Assembly (NCBI GenBank): GCA_001800675.1
Contig: MGVW01000035.1
Span: 6,731 to 70,730, forward strand
Reading direction: 5' to 3'
Length of the DNA stretch: 64,000 nucleotides
From: Euryarchaeota archaeon RBG_13_57_23
Lineage (GTDB): Archaea; Thermoplasmatota; Thermoplasmata; UBA10834
The position numbers and the translations under genes were made by a program. Shown in pieces: positions 31,973 through 41,331 of this stretch (the stretch's first letter is position 1; the number at the start of each line of letters is the position of its first letter). The notes below the pieces were generated by a model. That model made no database searches, was not told the origin of the DNA, and saw only the letters and a program-made list of their open reading frames with translations.

Positions 31973-34900
31973 ATGGGTCTCAGAGACAAAGCGAGAGAGA
32001 GCGTTTCCAAGCCAGTCAGCCCTGCTGCTGGCGAGACTGAGACAGATCCACCGACCAAGCCGCCATTGCAGGCGCCCCTCGACGCGGTGCCCGCCCCACA
32101 GCCGGGAGCCCTTGAGCCTTCGGTAACGTATCTGGTCGCGGGAGAGAAGCCGGATCTCGCCTATTCGCTCTTCATGACCGCCTCCGCGCAGGGCATGCGG
32201 GGCCTAGTCGTTTCTCGGACGTACCCGAAGAACCTGCGGAAGGCACTGGACCTGCGAGACGCCCCGGTCTACTGGCTCACCAATGCGGTGAGCGACGAGG
32301 CGATCGGCCCTAAGGACTTGGAGCGGCTGTCGCTGGTAATCAAGAGATTCCTCGATGAGGGCGGCGGCCAGCTGGTTCTGATCGACTCGCTCGAGTATGT
32401 CATCACGAACAACAAGTTCGTGAGCGTGCTGCGGCTCGTGGAGACGATCAGAGACCTGATCGCGATTCATAAGGCTGTTGGCATAATTGCTCTGAAGTCG
32501 TCGACGCTTGAGGCATCAAAGCTGGCATCCATCCAGAGAGAGCTCGAGGTGTACTCCGCTGACAAGAGTGTTTCAGCTCCGTCTGTTCCACGCCCTCCTG
32601 CGGAAAGCCCTGTCATTGCCGAGCTCAAGCAGGACGAGCTTATGCTTGAGGCCGAACGGCTGGAGCAGCAAAAGAAGACGGTTGCGGCCGCAGCCGACAA
32701 GGTTGCCAAGGACGCCCAGAGGCTCTCGCTCGAAAGACAGGAGCTTGAGAAGGAGCGCGCCGAGGTAAGGAACACCTTGGTCCGGGTTCGTCAGACAAGG
32801 AAGGAACTCGAAGATTTCCGCATAAAGCTCACGAAAGAGGAGGCCGAGTTGACCTCCAGGGTCAGGAGTAAGTTGACCAAGGAGATGCAGGGACTCGACT
32901 CGAAGAAGGCCACGCTCGAGATGATGGAGAAGGAGATCGAGTCGAGGTACCAACAGCTCGACAGGATCGTGAGCCTCAAGACAGAGCAAAGGCTCTACGA
33001 GGTTCAGGGGGAGAAGAAGCGGCTCGAGGCTGAGAGACAGAAGCTGTCCGAGATGATGTCTCAGCTAGAGGCGGACCATACGAATCTCGAAGAACGCATC
33101 AACGAGATTCAGCAGAAGGAAATCACGCTTCAGAAATCGTCCGAGGAGGCAAGGGAGCGCGAGAAAAGGCTCCAGGAGAGGGAGCACGCCATCGCCTTGG
33201 ACAAGGTGGAATTCGAGAAGCTAAGGGCCGCAGTGGACACTGAGAAGCAAGAACTGGAACAACGTCGAAAGGGTCTGGAGGACGAGTTCGCCCGGGCCCA
33301 GGCGGAAGCCGCGAGGCTCAATTCCGATGTGACGCAGAGGGAGGAAGCCGTCACCAAGATCACTCGGGAGCTGGACATGCTCAAGTCCAAGCTCGTCGCA
33401 CAGGAGCAGATGTTGAGCGACCGGGACAGGTCCGTAGGAACGCGCTTGCAGGACATCGAGAAGCGTGAGAAAGCCCTGGCGACGCTCGAGACGGAGGCGA
33501 AGCAGCTCTTCGAGAAAGCAACGATGCTCGACCAAGCCGCTAGAACGAAGGAAGAGCACCTGACGAAGGACCGGGAGAATCTTCAAACGGATATCGACAA
33601 CCTTCGGACGGAGCTCAGCAAGCGTTTGTCAGATGTGCAGAAGCGCGAGGAAAAGCTGCGCGCGGATGAGGACCGTCTCTCCAAGGAATCGGACTCAAGG
33701 AACAAGGCACTCAAGGACCTCGAAGACCAGATGAAGGAACAGAGCGCGAGCATGGCGAAGCTGAGGGAGGCGCTCGATCAACGTGAGGCCGCCATGAAGC
33801 AGGCCGAGAGCGACATCGCTGCGGTCCGGAAGGAGGCTGAGGAGTTCGCCGCATCCGTGAACGACGAGCGAACGGCACTCGACAAGGAGATCCAGGCAGC
33901 GAGGCAGAAGGTCATAGAGGAGAGGAATTCCTTCGAGCAGGACAAGCTCGCATTCGAGAACGAGCGCAACGATGCCGAGCGCCAAATCTCTGAGGCGCAG
34001 AAGGAGATAGATGACAAGCTAGGGAAGGTCGAGGAAGAGCGCAAGGAGATGGATGAGAAGGTGCTCGCCATCGAGGAGATGCGCACCATCCTCAACCAAC
34101 GCGCGAACGACGTCGCCTCGTCTGAGCTGAGGATGGCGGAGGAGCGGGTCACTATCGATTCCATGAGGCGCGAGATGACCCGAAAGGCCGAGGAGATAGA
34201 GTCTCTCGAGCGGGACTTCACTTTGAAGCAACAGAACCTGCAAGGGTCCGCAGAGCTTGTCCAGAAATCCAAGGCCCAGGTTGATGAGAAGGAGCGGGTG
34301 TTGAGGGAACAGCTCCTGGTGACCGAGAACGAGCGCACGGAGCTGGAGAGCAAGCGAGCATCATTGGACACCGAAGAGGCGGAGTTCCAGAAGTCGAAGG
34401 CAGAGGTAGAGGAACTCCAGGAGCAAATCACAACTCAAAGGATCGAGCTGGAAGAATGGAATAAACAGCTCGACGAGATATCCGATTCACTCGATTCAAG
34501 AAAGAATGAGATCGCGGCCAAAGAAGCGGCCGTAAGATCAGTCGTTGACGAGAACACAAGGGCTAGGGAACAGCTCGCTGCGGAGAAGCAGAGGTTGGAG
34601 GAGGATTTCAACTCCAAGTTCTCCGAGCTGGAGCAGAGGCGTAATGCGCTGGAGGCGGAGTCTGCGTCGCTCGCGACCGTCAGGAACAAGATGACGGTTA
34701 CCGAGCAGGAGGCCGGCAAGAGGGAAGAGAAACAGGTCGCGATGCAGAATGCGCTAGCGGAGCGCGAACAGAAGATTTCGGATACGGAGACGGCTGTCCA
34801 GACTGCGAAGAAGGCCATCGCGGAACAGGCTGAAATCATACGGGCGGACCGACAATCGGCGGAACAGCAGAAGGCCGAGATGGCCAAGGGCTGGGAAACG

Positions 34901-37261
34901 CTCCAGAAAGAGCGGGACACAGTCCAACAGGAGATCGACCGGAGCTGGGAAGACCTAGAGTCTGCGAAGAAGGCCCTGGAAGACAAGGCAAAGGACCTCG
35001 AGAAAACGGAAGAGGCTTTATCCGGGAGGAACAAGGAGCTCAATGCCGGACTCGCAGACATCTCCGAGAGGGAGAAGGACGTTGCGTCACAGAATCTGAA
35101 GTTTGAGGATGTCAAGCAGCAGCTTGCGTCTAGGGATTCAGACCTCCAGAGACGCGCGATCGAGCTGGAGGCGTTCAAGAACGACTTAACGCAGAGAGAA
35201 CAGCAGTCCCTGGCCAGCATAGAGGCCGCCCAGAAAGTCCTCGACAACGAGCGCATGACGATAGCTTCTGAGAGAACCGTTGTAGGAGACGAGAAGGCGC
35301 ACCTTGAAGCGCAGGCGGCCGGCTTCGTGACGCGCGAGAAGGAGCTGGAGCAGGCAATCACGATGCTCGAGCGGAAGACCCAGGAGATAGAGGAAGCTGA
35401 CCAGGACCTCAAACGGAAGGAATCGGAGATCCTGGGACAGGCAAAGCTCCTCGGTGAGAAGGACGCCTCCATCAAGCTTCTCGATCAGAAGAACCGCCAG
35501 GAGTTGGATGCTAGGAAGGCGGAGATTGACAGCAGAGCTGCCGAGACAGATAGGCTGCAGAATGATGTCAGGCAATCGGAGACCGCTCTGCGGCAGAAGG
35601 AGGCGTCTCTCGCAGCCAAGGAGAAGGCCTTTGCGGAAGTCGAAGAGAAAACTCGTTCGGAGTTGGAGGCGGCAATCACAGACGCCGACACGATGAAATC
35701 CCAGCTTGATGGAGTTGCGGAACACCTGAGGGGTCGGGAAGTGGAGATCGCGAATACGGAGAAGGTTCTCGTTGAGCGCGAGACCACTCTATCTGAGCTG
35801 GAGACTGAGACGAGAAAGCAGCTGGATTCGCGTCTTGCGGACATCGAGTCCCGAGAGAAGAATCTTCAGAGGGTCGCCAAGGAGCAGGCGGCCAAGGCAA
35901 CGCAGATCGCGGGCATTGAGAAGGCACTCGGGGAGAGAGAGTACGCGTTGTCGGAGGTGGAGAAGGGCTCCAAGCAGGAGATACAGGCACTAACGTTAAA
36001 GCTAGACGATGAGAGAACAAGGCTGGAAGCCGCTCTAGAGGACTTGAAGGGCCAGAAGGCCGAGGTCTTGCAGAAGGAGAAGGCGTTGGCTGCCCTGCAG
36101 ACTTCCCTCGAGACGGCAGAGGCGAAGTTCAATCAGGACAGAGATGCTCGGCTGGCTGAGCTTCAGGACGTCACCACAATGCTCGAGCAGGGTCAGGCGC
36201 AGCTCGAGCGCGACAAGGCTGCACTGGATGCCGCAACCGTTTCTTTTGAGAAGGAGAAGAGCGGCATTGCGCAACAGAAGGCGACCGTGGAGCACGAGCG
36301 CGCGAATTCAGAGGAGCTGCGAGCGTCGCTAGCGAACCTGCAGCGGGAACTGGGGGAAAGGGATTCGGCCATGAAGGAGAAGGAGGCAGATGTTCACTCC
36401 AGGCTTCAGGATGCAGATACCAGACTCGCTGGAATCGCCCGCCGGGAGTCAGAGATTGCTGAGGTCCAGAGCAGGTTCGAGAGCCAGGGCATGGCACTTG
36501 CCATGAGGGAGCAGGAAGCGAACAAGGCGCTCGACGAATACAAGGACATTCTTGACGAGATCGCTAAGCAGAAGGACGGGTTGGACGCGCGCGAAGTCGA
36601 GATCAAGACGAGGACCAACAAACTGGAGGAGAGCGCGATCGAGGTCGAGCTGCTTCACGAGGACATTGAGAAAGAGCGGCAATTGCTTGCGCAGAAAGAT
36701 GCTGGGCTGGAACAGCTTCGAGCGGAGCTTGAGAAGTGGCGTGTAGACCTGATGGAGAAGCGGGCTCAGCTGGAGGAAGACAGCAAGAAGCGGATATCTG
36801 AGATCGTCCGCGAGGCGGCCTCGAAGAAGGAGACGGCGACTTCTGCGACCCAAGAGCAGCTCTCGAGGAGAGAGATAGAGCTCAGATCGCGCGAGGAGAG
36901 GCTTCGGGCAAGGGAGATGGATCTGGAGACCAGTGAGCGGACCGTGGCAGTCGAATTCGAGAAGCTTGAGCGTGAGCGTGCCGAGGTCAAGGACCTCTGG
37001 GACAAAGTAGAGGCTTCTAAGAAGGGAATGACCATCGTGCTCGATGAGAGATCGATCAAGGTGCTCGAGGACAGGAAGACAGAGCTGGATAGCGCCTACC
37101 TGAAGCTCTCCGACAGGGAGGAAAACCTGCGCAAGGATGAGCAGCGGCTCGAAGACGAGCGCCTGAGATTGGATGCAATCAGAGAGGAGCTGGAAGACCT
37201 AGCTAGGGTCCTCAGGCCGAAGGAAGATGAAATCAAGAAGTCGGACGGCTCAGCTGCCTGA
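31973..37261 (+). CDS. Giant (1,762 aa) protein: Pro-rich leader, DUF835-like P-loop-less KaiC/RecA-like head, very long coiled coil
   Basis: A single uninterrupted ORF whose shadow ORFs on other frames are Ser/Arg-rich junk. The head is aa ~50-195. The remainder is E/K/R/L/A/Q-rich heptad-like sequence. Confidence 0.85.
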   Translation: MGLRDKARESVSKPVSPAAGETETDPPTKPPLQAPLDAVPAPQPGALEPSVTYLVAGEKPDLAYSLFMTASAQGMRGLVVSRTYPKNLRKALDLRDAPVYWLTNAVSDEAIGPKDLERLSLVIKRFLDEGGGQLVLIDSLEYVITNNKFVSVLRLVETIRDLIAIHKAVGIIALKSSTLEASKLASIQRELEVYSADKSVSAPSVPRPPAESPVIAELKQDELMLEAERLEQQKKTVAAAADKVAKDAQRLSLERQELEKERAEVRNTLVRVRQTRKELEDFRIKLTKEEAELTSRVRSKLTKEMQGLDSKKATLEMMEKEIESRYQQLDRIVSLKTEQRLYEVQGEKKRLEAERQKLSEMMSQLEADHTNLEERINEIQQKEITLQKSSEEAREREKRLQEREHAIALDKVEFEKLRAAVDTEKQELEQRRKGLEDEFARAQAEAARLNSDVTQREEAVTKITRELDMLKSKLVAQEQMLSDRDRSVGTRLQDIEKREKALATLETEAKQLFEKATMLDQAARTKEEHLTKDRENLQTDIDNLRTELSKRLSDVQKREEKLRADEDRLSKESDSRNKALKDLEDQMKEQSASMAKLREALDQREAAMKQAESDIAAVRKEAEEFAASVNDERTALDKEIQAARQKVIEERNSFEQDKLAFENERNDAERQISEAQKEIDDKLGKVEEERKEMDEKVLAIEEMRTILNQRANDVASSELRMAEERVTIDSMRREMTRKAEEIESLERDFTLKQQNLQGSAELVQKSKAQVDEKERVLREQLLVTENERTELESKRASLDTEEAEFQKSKAEVEELQEQITTQRIELEEWNKQLDEISDSLDSRKNEIAAKEAAVRSVVDENTRAREQLAAEKQRLEEDFNSKFSELEQRRNALEAESASLATVRNKMTVTEQEAGKREEKQVAMQNALAEREQKISDTETAVQTAKKAIAEQAEIIRADRQSAEQQKAEMAKGWETLQKERDTVQQEIDRSWEDLESAKKALEDKAKDLEKTEEALSGRNKELNAGLADISEREKDVASQNLKFEDVKQQLASRDSDLQRRAIELEAFKNDLTQREQQSLASIEAAQKVLDNERMTIASERTVVGDEKAHLEAQAAGFVTREKELEQAITMLERKTQEIEEADQDLKRKESEILGQAKLLGEKDASIKLLDQKNRQELDARKAEIDSRAAETDRLQNDVRQSETALRQKEASLAAKEKAFAEVEEKTRSELEAAITDADTMKSQLDGVAEHLRGREVEIANTEKVLVERETTLSELETETRKQLDSRLADIESREKNLQRVAKEQAAKATQIAGIEKALGEREYALSEVEKGSKQEIQALTLKLDDERTRLEAALEDLKGQKAEVLQKEKALAALQTSLETAEAKFNQDRDARLAELQDVTTMLEQGQAQLERDKAALDAATVSFEKEKSGIAQQKATVEHERANSEELRASLANLQRELGERDSAMKEKEADVHSRLQDADTRLAGIARRESEIAEVQSRFESQGMALAMREQEANKALDEYKDILDEIAKQKDGLDAREVEIKTRTNKLEESAIEVELLHEDIEKERQLLAQKDAGLEQLRAELEKWRVDLMEKRAQLEEDSKKRISEIVREAASKKETATSATQEQLSRREIELRSREERLRAREMDLETSERTVAVEFEKLERERAEVKDLWDKVEASKKGMTIVLDERSIKVLEDRKTELDSAYLKLSDREENLRKDEQRLEDERLRLDAIREELEDLARVLRPKEDEIKKSDGSAA
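32120..32557 (+). other. DUF835-like module (degenerate KaiC/RecA-like fold lacking Walker A) of the giant protein
   Basis: VTYLVAGEKPDLAYSLFMTASAQGMRGLVVSRTYP...GGGQLVLIDSLEYVITNNKFVSVLRLVETIRDL. It aligns block-for-block with the KaiC-like ATPases at 26337 and 27293, but GEKPD replaces GTSGSGKT. Confidence 0.6.
32615..37225 (+). other. About 1,530-residue coiled-coil tract with no Pro or Cys
   Basis: By eye there is no Pro or Cys between aa ~215 and ~1748. The tract has recurrent motifs such as RLQDIEKREKAL, RLSDVQKREEKL, RLADIESREKNL and GLADISEREKDV. Confidence 0.7.
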
Positions 37262-37285
37262 ATGGGCCAAGGCCGTCACCCGTTA

Positions 37286-38485
37286 TCAGAAAACGTTGAT
37301 TTTTCCGCTCACGATCTGCTCAGTAAGATCGGTTATGTTGGCCAGCTTCTCGTCGAAGATGGCGGTGATTTCCTTCTCGTACTTCTTCTGATTGACATTC
37401 GAAGCGTAGATGACCTTAGCGCTGGCAGCCTGAGGCATATCGATGGGATGTCCGATCTGGGAGAGAATCCGCGTGTGCACCTCTACAACGTCTCCACGCC
37501 CAGCCTTCACTATAGCGTCGGCCACCTGGATTGCCAGTATGTTGTAGAGCTTCCCGACATGCGTCACGGGGTTTTTCCCTGCTGAGGCTTCCATGCTCAT
37601 GGGCCTCATCGGAGTAATGAGCCCGTTTGCCCTGTTCCCTCGGCCGACAGACCCGTCGTCCCCGTTCTCCATGCTCAGACCCGATACCGTGAGGTAGTAG
37701 ATCCCCTTCCTGTAGTCGTCCGCAGTGTTCACGTAGACCTTGACTTTCCTCTTGGTGAACTTCTGCGCAAAGTCCTCTATCTTCTCGGTGGCCTGTTCGA
37801 TCGTGCTCTTGTAGTGGCTAGCATCAGGTACGTGGCAATCCACAAGCGCCACCGCGACAGTCAGGTCAATCTCGTCGCCCATGCGGCAGGCCATCACTTT
37901 GACGTCCTCTCCAAGTTCTGGTAGCGTCTTGCAGAGCTTGCCGTTGATGTACTTCTCGGTCTCGAGCGTTATCGTCTCGGTCTCACTCAGCGGGGCGAAA
38001 CCGACTCCGAATGAAGTGTCGTTCGCCAACAGTTTCTTCGTCTCATAGAGCCCCCTGAGGTCGACGCTGCCCTGGCCGATCTTGCAGTCGAGTGTGACAT
38101 CCCAGTCCACGTTGAGGTTCCGGCAGTTATTCTCGAGATAATCGCTCGCCGCCTTGATCGCGCAGGTTCTGTACGGAAGCCTTTCTCCGTTGACCTCGGT
38201 TACTGCTCGACCTACGAGGAGTATGTAGATTGGTTCAAGGATCGAGCCTCCCCCGAACTTCGGTGCGGACTGGCCGCCCACCACCTCGACTTCGTCCGTG
38301 TTATGGTGAAGAATCCGATTGTAGCGTTTCTTGTACATCCCGCACAGCGCCCGAGAAACGCTCTCAGCTAGTCCGTCCGCGATGCTATCCGGATGGCCGA
38401 TACCCTTTCTCTCGACGAATTCAACGTTCTGCTCTTCGATTGGAATCTGCGTGAGTTTCTCGACGAATATCTTTCTCTTAGTCAT
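37286..38485 (-). CDS. mat: S-adenosylmethionine synthetase, archaeal type
   Basis: [14 protein letters not shown] at about 400 aa. The internal ATG ([11 protein letters not shown]) is preferred over 38512. Confidence 0.9.
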   Translation of the reverse strand: MTKRKIFVEKLTQIPIEEQNVEFVERKGIGHPDSIADGLAESVSRALCGMYKKRYNRILHHNTDEVEVVGGQSAPKFGGGSILEPIYILLVGRAVTEVNGERLPYRTCAIKAASDYLENNCRNLNVDWDVTLDCKIGQGSVDLRGLYETKKLLANDTSFGVGFAPLSETETITLETEKYINGKLCKTLPELGEDVKVMACRMGDEIDLTVAVALVDCHVPDASHYKSTIEQATEKIEDFAQKFTKRKVKVYVNTADDYRKGIYYLTVSGLSMENGDDGSVGRGNRANGLITPMRPMSMEASAGKNPVTHVGKLYNILAIQVADAIVKAGRGDVVEVHTRILSQIGHPIDMPQAASAKVIYASNVNQKKYEKEITAIFDEKLANITDLTEQIVSGKINVF

Positions 38486-38578
38486 TGGCTCATCCCATAA
38501 GAATTGGGGCAAAGAAAGAATATCCGCACTTAACCTTTTCGGACCTTAAACAGTCCTGTCATCAGAGTGGCCAGACTG

Positions 38579-39850
38579 TCACTTCTTCTTGATTCTCTTG
38601 CGCCTGGCCTCTCTTAGGCTCCCCTCCGGTACAAGGCACATCTTCCTTCCGGAAAGGACGCCTGCGACACCTTCCTTGCTCTCCACCCTGCTGTAGTCAT
38701 CGCACATCTTGCAGTTCGGAGGGCAAACGCTCACCCTGTCCTTCGGTTGGGGATAGGAGAATGTTCCTCCCTCGTAATTCCTAAGCACGACTTTCTTGTC
38801 GGACATCGATATGAGATAGGTCGGCGCGACCGGTATCTTGCCGCCACCTCCAGGGGCGTCAACGATGAATGTCGGGACCGAGAATCCGGACGTGTGTCCT
38901 CTGAGTGCCTCCTGGATCTCGATGCCTTTTGCAACATCTGTCCTGAAGTGCTCCAACCCCTTGGAAATGTCGCACTGATAGTAGTAGTATGGCCTGCACC
39001 TGATCTTAACGAGTTCCTGGTTGAGCTTCTTCATGATGGTCGGGCAGTCGTTTAGCCCTTTCAGTAGCACAGTCTGATTCCCAACCGGTATTCCGTGGTC
39101 CGCTAGCATCTCCACAGCCCTCTTCGATTCCGGGGTGATTTCCTTCGGGTGGTTGAAGTGGGTGTTGAGCCAGAGCGGGTGGTATTTCGCCAGCATCTTG
39201 CAGAGCTCTGGAGTGATCCTCTGCGGGAGAGTGCACGGCGCCCTGCTGCCTATCCTGACTATCTCCACATGGTCGATCGCTCGGACCCGCCTGATGATAT
39301 CCTCAAGGAAGGCATCGGAGACCATGAGCGCGTCGCCTCCGGACAGTAGAACATCTCTGACCTCCTCGTGCTCCTTGATGTACTTAATCGATGCGTCGAT
39401 CGCGGACCTATCCCTATGCCTGTCCGTCTGACCGGCGAACCTCCTCCTCGTGCAGTGCCTGCAGTAGTTGCCGCACATGTCGGTGATGAGGAACAAGACC
39501 CTGTCCGGGTACCTGTGTGTCAGGCCGGGAGCAGGCGAGTCGACGTCCTCGAACAGCGGGTCCTCCATATCGGATTTGCTGAAATCCAATTCGCTAATGG
39601 TCGGAACCGCCTGCATTCTGATGGGGTCGTGCGGGTCGTCGGGATCCATCAACGCGGCGAAGTACGGGCTGATCGCCATCCTCAGCACTTTGAGCGATTC
39701 GTGGACTCCCTCCTCCTCCTCGCGTGTGAGATTGATCACCTGCTTGAGCTGGTCCACGGTGGTGATCCTGTTCCTGAGCTGCCAGTGCCAGTCGTCCCAG
39801 TCTTTCTTTGAGACGTCTTTCCATAGCGGTATCTGCTTGTATGATCGCAT
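38579..39850 (-). CDS. kamA: Lysine 2,3-aminomutase (radical SAM, KamA/AblA family)
   Basis: Radical-SAM cluster motif CGNYCRHCTRRR, the N-terminal WKDWxWQLRNRIT pattern and a C-terminal Zn/Cys region. The internal ATG is at 39850. Confidence 0.85.
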   Translation of the reverse strand: MRSYKQIPLWKDVSKKDWDDWHWQLRNRITTVDQLKQVINLTREEEEGVHESLKVLRMAISPYFAALMDPDDPHDPIRMQAVPTISELDFSKSDMEDPLFEDVDSPAPGLTHRYPDRVLFLITDMCGNYCRHCTRRRFAGQTDRHRDRSAIDASIKYIKEHEEVRDVLLSGGDALMVSDAFLEDIIRRVRAIDHVEIVRIGSRAPCTLPQRITPELCKMLAKYHPLWLNTHFNHPKEITPESKRAVEMLADHGIPVGNQTVLLKGLNDCPTIMKKLNQELVKIRCRPYYYYQCDISKGLEHFRTDVAKGIEIQEALRGHTSGFSVPTFIVDAPGGGGKIPVAPTYLISMSDKKVVLRNYEGGTFSYPQPKDRVSVCPPNCKMCDDYSRVESKEGVAGVLSGRKMCLVPEGSLREARRKRIKKK

Positions 39851-40164
39851 CAGGGCTGCCCCCAAGTAGGTGTGTGATTTCCGCATTGTTCCACAGTCTA
39901 TTTATCACCTGTCCACATCGTTCGTCGCAGCGTTACGAACTCGGATTCTGCGATTCGAAATCGGAAACAATTCGAAGCCCAGTCGCCTTTTCGTAGCCGA
40001 TTGTCTAATTCAGACGGAGCGCGCGTGTAAATCGCATATCGTTAAATACGCTGACCCTGATTCGAGAAAACACCATTCCAGACGGCTCGGAAACGACGTC
40101 GAAAACGCATGTTCCTCTAACATGGGTTCACCATCCTTGGCGGGGGTAAGCGGAAGGGATTGAC

Positions 40165-41331
40165 ATGAAGAAAGTAGCAATCGTCGGAGCAGGGCAGAGC
40201 AGATACGGAGACTTCCCCGACAAGGGCATCAAAGAATTGTTCTTCGAAGCGTACAAGGACATGAAAGCTAGCGTCGACAAGGGGCTGGACCCCAAGGCCA
40301 TCGAGTCCGCCTACATAGGCAACCTGGGCTCGGGCGGCTTCCAGCTAGGCAACATGTCCGCCCTTGTGACGGAGTACTGCGGGCTCACTCACATCAACAC
40401 CATGAGGATTGAGAATGCATGCGCTTCCGGAGGCTACGCCCTGGTAGCTGCCGTCATGGACGTGATGTCTGGGACCCACAAGGCCGTGCTCGCAGGCGGC
40501 GTCGAGAAGATGACCGATGTTTCTGGTGTCAAGCAGAAGTACTGGCTCGGAGTCTCCGGAGATACCGAGTACGAGAGGCTCGCAGGGACGACCTTCTCCG
40601 GCCTTTACGCACTGATCGCGCAGAGGCACATGCACGATTTCGGCACGAAGAGAGAACATCTCTCAATGGTGGCCGTCAAGAACCACAAGAACGGCGCGCA
40701 GAACCCCAAGGCCCAGTTCCAAAGGGAGATCACCCTCGAACAGGCCATCAAGGGACCGATTGTGGCGAGCCCTCTGAACCTGTTCGATTGCTGCTCGACC
40801 ACAGACGGGGCGTCCGCGGTGCTCGTCTGTGACGCGGAGATCGCAAAGCAGTACACGGACACACCAGTCTACGTCGCGGGGTTCGGAACCGCTAGCGACT
40901 TCTTGGCAATCCACGACCGCCCGGACACGACGACCCTCGAAGGAACGAGGAGAGCGGGCGAGATGGCCTACAAGATGTCCGGGCTGACTCCTAAGGACAT
41001 ACAACTGGCCGAAGTCCACGACTGCTTCACGATCGCGGAGCTACTTGCGTACGAAGACCTGGGATTCTGCGAGAAGGGTAAGGCAGGTCCGTTCATCGAG
41101 CAGGGCCATACGCAGATCGGAGGGGACAAGCCGGTCAACGCCAGCGGAGGTCTGAAGTCCAAGGGCCACCCGATCGGGTCCACAGGCACGGGCATGGCGT
41201 ACGAGATGTTCAACCAGCTCAGAGGGAGCGTCCAGAAGCCAACCAGACAGATCAAGGGCGCGGAGATCGGGCTGATTCACAATGTTGGTGGGTCGGGCGG
41301 GACCGTCGCGGTCACCATTATGAGGAGGTAA
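40165..41331 (+). CDS. Acetyl-CoA C-acetyltransferase (archaeal thiolase)
   Basis: 388 aa with IENACASGGYAL (nucleophile Cys), EVHDCFTIAE and NASGGL. Confidence 0.9.
   Translation: MKKVAIVGAGQSRYGDFPDKGIKELFFEAYKDMKASVDKGLDPKAIESAYIGNLGSGGFQLGNMSALVTEYCGLTHINTMRIENACASGGYALVAAVMDVMSGTHKAVLAGGVEKMTDVSGVKQKYWLGVSGDTEYERLAGTTFSGLYALIAQRHMHDFGTKREHLSMVAVKNHKNGAQNPKAQFQREITLEQAIKGPIVASPLNLFDCCSTTDGASAVLVCDAEIAKQYTDTPVYVAGFGTASDFLAIHDRPDTTTLEGTRRAGEMAYKMSGLTPKDIQLAEVHDCFTIAELLAYEDLGFCEKGKAGPFIEQGHTQIGGDKPVNASGGLKSKGHPIGSTGTGMAYEMFNQLRGSVQKPTRQIKGAEIGLIHNVGGSGGTVAVTIMRR

Noticed and set aside
34435-35475. A 346-aa Ser/Cys/Ala-rich minus-strand ORF, with several similar ones (32467-32775, 33778-34431, 35485-35844), inside the giant gene
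   Set aside because: These are antisense shadow ORFs of a GAR/AAR-rich coding strand. They are low-complexity Ser/Leu/Phe translations with no start context. The plus-strand 1,762-aa frame explains the region.
31973-37261. Whether the giant coiled-coil protein is simply SMC, Rad50 or another chromosome-segregation ATPase
   Set aside because: It has no N-terminal Walker A (GxxGxGK[ST]), no C-terminal signature/Walker B head, no hinge interruption and no CxxC zinc hook (no Cys at all). Any SMC-type hits would be expected only from coiled-coil compositional bias.
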